The notes under the pieces: model-generated
What the model was told of the DNA's origin: nothing
Database searches by the model: none
What the model saw: the letters and a program-made list of their open reading frames with translations, nothing else
Position numbers and translations under genes: made by a program
Assembly (NCBI GenBank): GCA_040954595.2
Contig: CM082579.2
Span: 13,889,834 to 13,953,833 of the forward strand
Direction: 5' to 3'
Source: Balanoglossus misakiensis
Lineage: Eukaryota > Animalia > Hemichordata
Length of the DNA: 64,000 nt
Part shown: piece by piece, positions 1-9,454 of the stretch
How positions within the stretch are numbered: the first letter of the stretch is position 1
How the letters are laid out: each line of letters begins with the position of its first letter

Positions 1-794
1 TTTTCACCATTGCTATGAAAAATAAAGCACAAAAAACGTAACACTTTACATCTTACAGTAAAGGGCATTGCCTGTCGATGTGATACACTTTATCATATAA
101 CTTCAAAACTGGTAGCTAGGGCAGTGTTTGCACAGAGGAGTCCCTTAAATGCCTTCGCTCATTCACACCTCTTCAGTGATGATGCCTGGATTATATTGAC
201 ATGAAGCTGTTTGTTCAGCAGTGTTTCAACTGCCAGCCACCTGAGTTCATTTTAACACCCAAACACTGAAAATATTGTAGCAATCAATAATATAACCTAC
301 ACGCGGGGTAAAAGTCATCGTGTTTTAAAGTTATGTTGATGCCTGATGTGCATTGTGACTCACGGGGCATGCAAGGGTAAAGCTTGTCCAAAGTTGACAA
401 AGCAAAATACCAGACTAAGTGCCTGTTTTAAAATGTACCTCTTTCCAAGGACCTTGGTGACGAGGCATAAATTTGGGAACGTTCACGGGACCCATTTTTT
501 CACTGGACCCGCACATGTAATTATATAACCATGAAATTGAACTGTTCCCGGGAGCTACCGAGTGTTGCCTTGTTTCACCCGCAGGTTACTAGCTAGGGTT
601 TTTACACTGCCGGCAGTAGTTCCAAAAACTAGCTACACTGCGTAGTGATTGGTTGACTATATATGAATATGCATGAGGTCTGGTTTATAAGGTTCTACCC
701 AGATGTAGTGCCCATGCCTTCTCACGGCGGAGCGTGACAGAGAGCATATTCCGTGTACCTCGCTCGTCATCAAGTTTTCTAGGTGGAATTCAGA

Positions 795-3700
795 ATGGCA
801 ACTACAACCACAAAAGCAACAGTTGTAACAGCACTGCAAACACCAGTTCTCAATACTTTGGCTGTGAGTAGAATGTCTACAACCAGGACTGCGACTGCCA
901 ATACCACGAGCAGAATGGGTTTCGAAGTGACAGATCATGTGAAGATCACATTTTCACGCTCACTTCCATTATCAGAAATAGGCTTTCAAATGGTCTTTCT
1001 ACTTTTGCTACTTTTATTGATTTAAAAAAAGCCTTTGATTATGTGGATAGATCTGCGCTTCTGTATAAACTATTACTCCATGGTATTGATGGCAAAATGT
1101 ATAGCAGTATTAAGACAATGTACTCTGACACCTTATCATGTGTTAAGGTAAATGATATGTATACAGACTGGTTTACTACAAACATTGGAGTAAGGCAGGG
1201 AGACAATTTGTCACCCTCTTTATTTTCATTTTTTATTAATGACTTAGCAGTTGAGCTTAAATCATTGAACAAAGGTATTTCTATTGATAACTGTAATATC
1301 TGTATATTGTTATATGCCGACGACATTGTCTTGATTTCGGATAATGAACTTGATATGCAAGCAATGCTTGACCATGTCGATGATTGGTGCTCCAAGTGGC
1401 GTCTTCTAGTTAATTGTAGTAAATCAAAAGTTGTCCATTTTAGGAAAGAAACCATGACAAAAAGTGCATTTGATTTTCATCTTGGTGTAAATTCTGTTGA
1501 ATATGCTCAGAAGTACAAATACCTTGGGATTGTATTAAGTGAATTTTTGGATTTTTCTGTTACTTCAGAAGCGTTGTCACAAGCTGCCAATAGAGCATTG
1601 GGTGCCTTGAATTCAAAAGTTAAAGTTTTGAAAAACTTTGGCTTTGAATCCTATACAAAACTATATAATGCATGTGTTACCCCTATACTAGATTACTGCT
1701 GTGCAATTTGGGGGTTCAGAAAACATGATAAATGTGATGTAGTCCAAAACCGTGCCTTAAGATTTTATTTGGGGGTTCATAGGTTTACTCCAACTCATGC
1801 AATTATAGGTGATACTGGTTGGTACTCTTGTAGAAATCGCAGACATATTAACATGATTCGTTATTGGAATAGGCTTCTGGCCATGGACGAACAAAGACTT
1901 ACAAAAAGGGTCTTCTTGTGGGACTTTGCCTTAAATGATTACAATAATTGGTCAAATGAAATCTGTCAGATTTTTGATATTTTAAACGTAGATGTGGAAA
2001 ACCTATTGTACATTAATATTCCTATGGTTAAAAGAAAGTTCTTATCAATGCTCGAGTCCGATTGGCTTGAGAATGCTAGACAAAAAGCTAAGTTACATAC
2101 TTATATTCTATTGAAATCTACTTATAGTGCAGATAGTTATGTTACGTTGAATCTGTCCCGTCGACAACGTTCGTTGACAGCACAAATTCGTGCCGGTGTA
2201 TTGCCTCTTCGGATTGAAACTGGAAGATTTCGTCACAAGAGTTTAGATAGAAGGCTTTGTGAATTTTGTCAGAGTAATTCTATTGAAAATGAGAGTCACT
2301 TTCTATTGCATTGTCCATTTTATGATGATTTAAGGGTATCTTATATGAAATGTCTTACGGATGTACGAATTGGTGATATTCCAGACGTGGAAAAGCTGAA
2401 GTTATTATTTGAACAAATTAACGTTAGAAATACAGCAAAATATATCGAAAAAGCATTTCTTCGAAGGAAAGAAAGACTGTATAGGCTCAATTAGCATGCA
2501 TGATTTGTACATTTGTCACTGTGTATTGTACACCCATCTTTTTCTATTTTTTGCTTGGATCTTTAAAGTGACATATAAGTCCATTGGGCTGGGAGGTTTT
2601 CCTATTCAGATTATTATCTTCACTGTAAAGAATTTGTAATTGACCTCATGTCACTATAATAAACTATCTATCTATCTATCTAATGCTACTGTCGCTCTTA
2701 CCAGTACCCGAACAGCCTCAACGGGTACCAGCCAAGTGCAACCAGTCGATGCGGTAAGTTTCACCTTGCAGATCGAATATTATTTGGTGCATGTTGCTGT
2801 GTTGTCTTTCCACAGCCAGCTTGTATTCTGATATTCTACGTTCAAGACCGAAGATATTATCGGGAACTGGGACTGGAGTCATTTCGAATGAGAATGTGAT
2901 GTATTTGGGTCTGACGAAAGAGAAGTGATTTTTGAGTCGTCCCCATGAAGAGTTATAAATATGGTTGTGGGTATGACGAATTGACAGTTGGTAATGCCGA
3001 AGAAACTGAGTATTGAGTCGTCCCCATGGAAAGTTTTGAAAAACGGTTTTGGGTTGACGAATTTACCGTTGTTAATGGAGAAGAAACTTGAGTCGTCCCC
3101 ATGAAAAACCTGAGACTGTAATGAATGGTAATGAAGGTGACGAGTCGTCCCCAAGTGTTTTTCTTTTCGTATTTGGGTTTGACGAGTCTGGAATCGGTGT
3201 ACTCGTTACATAATGTGAAAAGGTAGCCGGATTGGTCATGGCAGGTTGTAACATTTGGGTTGACGAATTATCGAGCGCTAGTTGGAATGAATATGACTGC
3301 TGCAGAGGAAAATATTGCAGGTTGACTGTGAATGGGTGTGGCCAGAAATAATTGTCATGTAAATTACACGCTAAACGTGCGGCATACCCCAGGTGCTAAG
3401 GTTTATGCTTTGATTGGTGCATTGCAGGGACCCGCACATACTCGAAGACCGGAGATGTCAAGTGGCCCTCGACTGGCATCCTACGACAGGTTCGAAAGAT
3501 ATCTGACAGAGTTGCGGTTGTATGCTGAACGGGACGAAGCAGCTTTTAGTCCAGAAGAAGCTTTGGCTCGCCTGGAAATGCTCGTGGACATATCGATGGA
3601 TATAGGACATAAGGACTATCATAAATACGTAGCCATGTTACGGGCTCTGCGTAAAGAGAGGCAATCACCCGCTATGCCTCAGATGTTGCTTTCCCTACTT

Positions 3701-3958
3701 GGATCAGGTGCACATGCAGAGATCTTAGAGAAAATTGCAAAAGTGAAGAAAGCCGTTGGTAATACCCTTTCAAATGCTGGTCGCAGAGAGAATAGAGAAA
3801 GATCAAGTTTGCGATGTTGGAAGTGTAATAGAATTGGACATATAGCTAGGTTTTGTTATGGTAGACATGATAGGTATGATCGCTTAGATAGATTTGATAG
3901 ATATGATGATGGGAGAAGGGAATCTTACCGTTCCCGTTCAGGTAGAGATACCAAATAG
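795..3958 (+). CDS. Putative spliced gag-like gene of the outer element: Thr-rich exon 1 (795-907 + 2681-2753, split by a LINE), intron 2754-3427, exon 2 3428-3958 with CCHC zinc knuckle
   Basis: ORF 3332-3958 has CWKCNRIGHIARFC (CX2CX4HX4C) and an R/D-rich tail. The Thr-rich reading frame (MATTTTKATVV...) resumes in frame after the LINE (NATVALTSTRTAS...). There is a GTAAGT donor at 2754 and a TTGCAG acceptor ending 3427, both phase 0. The zinc-knuckle ORF is solid; the splicing is inferred. Confidence 0.6.
908..2494 (+). CDS. LINE ORF2 C-terminal part: reverse transcriptase and C-terminal zinc-finger-like region
   Basis: GVRQGDNLSP, LLYADD, YKYLG, LRIETGR...CEFC...ENESHFLLHCP motifs. Confidence 0.9.
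   Translation, partial: EQNGFRSDRSCEDHIFTLTSIIRNRLSNGLSTFATFIDLKKAFDYVDRSALLYKLLLHGIDGKMYSSIKTMYSDTLSCVKVNDMYTDWFTTNIGVRQGDNLSPSLFSFFINDLAVELKSLNKGISIDNCNICILLYADDIVLISDNELDMQAMLDHVDDWCSKWRLLVNCSKSKVVHFRKETMTKSAFDFHLGVNSVEYAQKYKYLGIVLSEFLDFSVTSEALSQAANRALGALNSKVKVLKNFGFESYTKLYNACVTPILDYCCAIWGFRKHDKCDVVQNRALRFYLGVHRFTPTHAIIGDTGWYSCRNRRHINMIRYWNRLLAMDEQRLTKRVFLWDFALNDYNNWSNEICQIFDILNVDVENLLYINIPMVKRKFLSMLESDWLENARQKAKLHTYILLKSTYSADSYVTLNLSRRQRSLTAQIRAGVLPLRIETGRFRHKSLDRRLCEFCQSNSIENESHFLLHCPFYDDLRVSYMKCLTDVRIGDIPDVEKLKLLFEQINVRNTAKYIEKAFLRRKERLYRLN
908..2681 (+). mobile_element. 5'-truncated non-LTR retrotransposon (RTE-X-like LINE)
   Basis: The reading frame is open from 908 (EQNGFRSDRSCEDHIF...FIDLKKAFD) to 2494. 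The 3' UTR ends in AATAAA plus a (TATC)n tail at ~2657-2681. No clear TSD. Confidence 0.9.
2906..3268 (+). repeat. Cluster of alternating complementary motifs (TGGG-N2-3-GACGA and GAGTCGTCCCCA) able to form tandem bulged hairpins
   Basis: GAGTCGTCCCCA at 2934, 3015, 3090 and 3142; TGGG(N2-3)GACGA at 2906, 2968, 3050, 3174 and 3256. Confidence 0.75.
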
Positions 3959-4267
3959 GTTATTGCTATTAGTACAGGTTTACGGTGATTTGCCTGCCTG
4001 ATGTATGGCTACATATGATATAAAGCGAACACCTTGGCTGGAATTCTATAGTGTCTATTGTATTGTAACACAGAATTGATAATGATGATTAATGCATCTT
4101 TAGAATGTATTTTAAAGTGTTTTAGTTGCTGCTCGGTATAGACAGCGCCCTCGTTGGTACCAGCCCTATTACTTACGTTTTTGTATTACTGCGCATGCGC
4201 AATTGATACGGCTGTACTGCCGCGCTCATCAACGGACTCGTTACTTAGTCTTGCAAGAGACCAAAAT

Positions 4268-5332
4268 ATGTCGTATAATCTGCGCAAAAGAAGTGCAATA
4301 ACCGAAAGTTCATGCACAGGATGTGGTGTAGATCGTTGTGGATCGCCATCAGTATTCAGCAGTGACACCGACAGCAAACCAGTCGAACCTGAGTCGCCAG
4401 CTTCAGTGATCGACGGATATCTATCTCCGGTAAGCCGCAATATGCCTGACGAGTGCCCGACCGACCTCAGTAAGTCACACGGAGCCAACCAACTCGAAAA
4501 TAGGATCGATCGCCTAGAGCGGACCGTAGACAAACTAGCCGGACTTGTTGAACGCTCTCTTACCGTGACAGACAAGAAGAACGAGCTTCCCCGCCAAAAC
4601 GCAGTTGGCTACAATCAAATAGAGCACCCCCACAGTTCTCAGCCCCCGGTACACGAACCAGCTGGAGTTGGTAACAAGGCATTCGATACTTTACACCAGA
4701 GGAAAACCCTTCACGAAGGAGTGCCCCTGGCGACAAGAAATAAAGTTCTTGCTGGTGAGTACATTGATCTGAGCGAGTTACATCCATTGAACTTTGCTCA
4801 TGTCTCAACACCGGACAAAATAGAAGCTACTATCGATGGCAGCCAAGATGTCTTCAACCCTAAGCGGAAAAAAGTTCCTATATCAATCTTTGGCGCTTGC
4901 CTGAACGCCTTTGCTATACTGGAAAGCATTCTACTCGAAAAGAAGCCAGCCACAGCAACATCACTTCTTGCATACCGCCAACTTATCCAGAACTGTGACA
5001 GCAAATTTACATGGCCAGTGGTGTATGCATATGATGTTAGATTTCGACACCAACTAAGTGAAACCTGCTCCTTTGACTACCACGCCCTGAACCAGGACCT
5101 GTACATCACTACATTCATGGACCCTGGTGCAGTAAAGACCACACGTAGGGAATGTTATCGCTGCAAAGCCACAGATCACTTAGCTAAGGAGTGTCCCTTT
5201 CGTGAGGAACTATCCACACCGGCGGAGAACACAAAGAAGAAAACAAAAACGGATGAGGTTTGCTTGCTCTACCAAACAGGTGAATGTAGATTCGCAAAGT
5301 GTAAGCGCCAGCACAAGTGCAAACGATGTTGA
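4268..5332 (+). CDS. Ngaro gag-like ORF1 with CCHC and CCCH zinc fingers
   Basis: ORF 4154-5332 (likely ATG 4268). Motifs GEYIDLSEL, W..V.AYDVRFR, CYRCKATDHLAKEC and CLLYQTGECRFAKCKRQHKC. Confidence 0.85.
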   Translation: MSYNLRKRSAITESSCTGCGVDRCGSPSVFSSDTDSKPVEPESPASVIDGYLSPVSRNMPDECPTDLSKSHGANQLENRIDRLERTVDKLAGLVERSLTVTDKKNELPRQNAVGYNQIEHPHSSQPPVHEPAGVGNKAFDTLHQRKTLHEGVPLATRNKVLAGEYIDLSELHPLNFAHVSTPDKIEATIDGSQDVFNPKRKKVPISIFGACLNAFAILESILLEKKPATATSLLAYRQLIQNCDSKFTWPVVYAYDVRFRHQLSETCSFDYHALNQDLYITTFMDPGAVKTTRRECYRCKATDHLAKECPFREELSTPAENTKKKTKTDEVCLLYQTGECRFAKCKRQHKCKRC

Positions 5333-6900
5333 GCAGACTCACCCCTCATCAACTGCAAAACTTGCATATCACTTCAACGCGGAAGTGTGGCAGCAAGTTC
5401 TCAATAAACAACCAGATAAACAATATGCTGAAAACATCCTGACGTGGATTCAACACGGGGTGCCTATTGGTTTCAAGGGCCAAATGCTGCAAACCCCCCT
5501 GCTGTCAGCTAATTGGAAGAGCGCACTTGACGTTAAGGACAAAGTTACGCATAAACTTTTAGAGGAAGTCAAGAAAGGATACAAAGCAGGACCATTTATT
5601 ACTCCACCATTCCAATCATTTATTAGTTCACCACAAGGAGCGCGACCAAAGAAGAATACAAATAAATATCGGATAATTCATGACCTTTCCTGGCCTCCAG
5701 GGCACTCTGTGAACGATCACATATCGAAGGACGAATATAGTTGTCAGTACATATCGATCGATGCGGCTATCGAGCACATAAAACGTTTAGGTAAGGGGTC
5801 CCTTATCGCAAAGGTTGACCTCGAAGATGCATTCTACCAAATACCTGTCACACCGGATGACTGGAATCTACTCGTCTGTTCCTGGGACCTTGAAATCGAC
5901 GGCGAACTCCAAACATGCTATTTCTATAGCAAAGTGTTGCCATTCGGTCTCAGGAGCAGCCCAGCGATTTTCAATGAGTTTGCTGACGGTCTTCAGTTTA
6001 CCATGCAAGCTGCACACAACATTGATCTAGTGGAACATTACCTTGATGATTACTTCACAGCTGGCCGCGCAGGCACAAATCAGTGCAGTAGAAACCTTCA
6101 GGGAATGTTACTCGCTTGCGATGAACTTGGGTTTCCTGTAAACCCTACAAAAGTCACCACCCCCTCCACAACCATGGAGTTTCTTGGCATAACACTATAC
6201 ACAATCCGCATGGAGGCACGAGTGTCTCAGGACTGCATTGATGACACTCTGACGGAACTTCTTGCCTGGATGACAATGAAACGGGCAACAAAGCGACAAA
6301 TCTTGTCACTTATTGGTAAACTTACCTTCATCACCCGGGTATGTCGACCCGGTCGTACCTTTCTCAGACGACTAATAGACACTTCATCAGGACTGAAACG
6401 CCTACACTATTAAGTAAAACTGAACCGCAATTTCAAACTGGACCTTCAATGGTGGATTGACTACTTACCTACATGGAATGGTGTCAGTATGTTCTACGAC
6501 AGTTACTGGACAAATAATGTTGACCTACATCTTTACACTGATGCTTCAGACATTGGCTATGGTGGAGTGTTCGGTGTGCAAAAAATCCAAGGAAAGTTCG
6601 TCAATGAGATTCCTGCCTACACCCCTCAAATCTATTCTATTAACTGGAGGGAACTTTACGCTATCGAGCGTGCTGCAGACACGTGGGGAGCCCACTTCAA
6701 AGGACGAAAAATCCTTTTCCACTGTGATAATTCTTCTGTTGTTGCAATGATCCGCAGTGGTTCATCTCGCAGTGAAAAGTGTGCATCCCTTCTGCGAAAA
6801 CTGTTTCCTCATTTGTGCCAGAGACAATTTCCTGATGAATGCTATACATATTGCAGGCAGCAAAAACACTATTGCTGATGCTCTATCTCGGTACAAGTAA
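5202..6900 (+). pseudogene. Ngaro reverse transcriptase / RNase H ORF2, disrupted
   Basis: KYRIIHDLSWP, KVDLEDAF, LPFGLRSSP, HYLDDY. In-frame stop at 6411-6413, then DLQWW, LYTDAS, INWRELYAI, FHCDN. Frameshift near 6807 before HIAGSKNTIADALSR. Confidence 0.9.
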
Positions 6901-6959
6901 CACTGATTTGCTTCCTTCACAGGGAATGGTACTTCCCATGACCACTGGTGGCTACAAGC

Positions 6960-7905
6960 ATGCAAACTCGTCGGCAGTGCTTATTCAGCCAACACAGATC
7001 GTACATATGGCTCAGGTAAAAAAACTTACCTTCAGTTTTGTGATACAGTAGATGCATTACCATTCCCAGCATCAGAGAATGTTCTACTTATGTTTATTGC
7101 ATACCTTCAAGAGGAAAGGAAACTAAAGTACAGTTCCATTGTGACATACCTCTATTCAGTTCGGTCAATGGAAATCCAGGAAGGCTTACCTGATCCATTG
7201 CAGAACCGTCCACGCATTAACCTTGCACTACGTTCAGTCAAAAGATCACAAGGACCAGAATCAACACAAAAACTGGCAATTACATTTGATTTACTGCAGA
7301 GGCTAGGGCCTCTATTTGACATTTCATGCACAAAAGACTTAGTAGTGTGGACTGCAATGACCACAGCTTTCTTTGGCGTTTTCAGGCCTGGCGAACTTGT
7401 AATTAAGGATTTACCAATTATTCCAGCCACTGACTTAACTGTAAGTGACATTACTTTTTCTAAACTGTCAGGGGCTAATGTAATCGCAGTTGTTCACCTT
7501 AAAAAGTCTAAGTGTGACCCATTTCGTAAAGGGGTCGATGTCATCATTGGCTGCTCACATAACGCCATTTGTGCGGTGGATTTATTGTCACGCTTACACT
7601 CACTGCGTATCCAAGCTGGGGCATCACCCAATGACCCTTTCTTTTTACTACCTGGTAATGTACCTCTTACTAGGCAGATCTTTATTAGACACCTCAAGCA
7701 TTCAATTGGCCAGATAGGACTGGACCCTAATGCATACAGCGGTCATAGCTTTCGCAGTGGGGGTGCAACATCAGCAGCAGCAGCCGGTGTATCCGACTAG
7801 GAGATCAAAGTCATGGGCCGCTGGTCCAGCGACTGTTACAAGCGCTATATTCGCACTCCACGACAAGTGTTATCAACGTTTGCTGAACGTATGATCTTTA
7901 CATGA
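6960..7905 (+). pseudogene. Ngaro tyrosine recombinase ORF3, one nonsense codon
   Basis: FFGVFRPGE, LKKSKCDPF, YSGHSFRSGGAT, TAG at 7798-7800, then GRWSSDCYKRY. The R-HxxR-W-Y catalytic set is present; the start is approximate. Confidence 0.9.
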
Positions 7906-9454
7906 TTGGTCTTAATCACTCAGATTGACATGCCTGATTGAGTAATTGTTTGTAGCTTGTCCACAGTTCTTTTTTCACTGTTACTGTTATTATTATTGTT
8001 TATATTAGACGGCACATACACATGCATGATGTTGGAGTTTGGGCAGCCTTGTACTCAAATGTACAATTTCTTCTTCTTCAGTTCATTAAAAATGGTTGCC
8101 CATTGCGCCCATTCATCTAGTGTGTGTATGTGTGCTCATTTAATTAGAGGAATTGCACTAATGCATCTTTAGAATTTATTTTAAAGTGTTTTAGTTGCTG
8201 CTCGGTATAGACAGCGCCCTCGTTGGTACCAGCCCTACTCCTTACGTTTTTGTATTACTGCGCATGCGCAATTGATACGGCTGTACTGCCACGCTCATCA
8301 AAGGACTAGTTACTTAGTCTTGCAAGAGACCAAAATTTCATCACCCACCCTCCCACTGCCTTATTTAGGCATATATATTAACCAGTCATGTGTTTCTCTA
8401 CTCTTCAATCACTTTGTGACCTTAGGGCAGCCTTGTACTCAAATGTACAATTTCTTCTTCTTCAGTTCATTAAAAATGGTTGCCCATTGCGCCCATTCAT
8501 CTAGTGTGTGTATGTGTGCTCATTTAATGAGAGGAATTGCGCTAAAGGAAAATAAGAACGTAATGTAAAATGTTCTGTTGCTGTATGAATGGTTTGCACA
8601 TGTGGGGAAATGGGGGCGTGCCTGGGGGAGGTGTACTGTAGTCTAATGACGGTCCCTTCTGTCTCAGCTAGGCGGGGGTTTCTAACCCTATGCCCGGCTC
8701 CCCCCCCCCAAAAAAAAAAAAAAAAAAAATGATTGTCGTTTTGATGTGCGATAGATATTGAATTGAGGGTTTTTTGACCTTTTCAACTCTGTGTGGTATT
8801 TGTGGATGTGCGTGATGAGTATTGGAGAGGGGTTTGTTTTTGGGGTACAGTCGAGAGACCAAGAGAGGAGGCAAGGGACCCTCGACCACTCCACAACTAA
8901 ATCAAACTAAACAACACTACGCAGTGTAGATTGGGAACTAGCTACACTAGGTAGTGATTGGTTTACTATATATGAATATGCATGAGGTCTGGTTTATAAG
9001 GTTCTACCCAGATGTAGTGCCCATGCCTTCTCACGGCGGAGCATGACAGACAGCACCCACCCACCCACCCTAAAATCGCCGACGCCTTAGGCAAGTGTTT
9101 ATGTACAAGGCAGCAGTTTTAAGGATGACGAGCGAGGTACCACAAATGGCCATCGGTCACTCCTTAAGGTACAGCAAGGGACGCTCGACCACTCCACAAC
9201 TAAATCAAACTAAAGAACACTACGCAGTGTAGATATGGAACTGTGTACTTTTATGAATAGTCAATTAGCATCAATTTATTTGTGGTAGTAAAACATAATG
9301 GCTTGCAGCTCCCACAACAAATACCATTACAAGTAAGATGATGCGCCAATGAACTGATTATTGATCCTCAGTTTCTGTGTGCCACCGATGATGTCACTAT
9401 TAATTCTGTGCTAGTTTGCACTCAGACTTCTTTTTCAAGGCTGATATTTCATTT

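Larger units (their letters stand above)
4090..8545 (+). mobile_element. Ngaro-type DIRS-order retrotransposon, full length but mutated
   Basis: A1 4090-4267 = A2 8159-8336; B1 8041-8161 = B2 8425-8545. TAA is shared at both ends and at the B1/A2 junction. It has overlapping gag, RT/RNase H and tyrosine recombinase frames and no methyltransferase domain, which favours Ngaro over PAT/DIRS1. Confidence 0.93.
627..9242 (+). mobile_element. Non-autonomous tyrosine-recombinase (Ngaro/PAT-type, split direct repeat) retroelement, ~2.4 kb once two nested insertions are removed
   Basis: Split direct repeats in A1...B1-A2...B2 order: A1 627-746 = A2 8936-9055 (120 bp, 5 mismatches); B1 8871-8939 = B2 9174-9242. 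AACT is present at the left end (627-630), the B1/A2 junction (8936-8939) and the right end (9239-9242). The A2-B2 spacer begins cacccaccc, as in the inner Ngaro. It contains only a gag-like ORF. Confidence 0.8.

Noticed and set aside
2906-2950. Hammerhead ribozyme (CTGACGA)
   Set aside because: The core motif occurs in only one repeat and is sequestered in a stem; there is no correctly placed GAAA/stem III/NUH.
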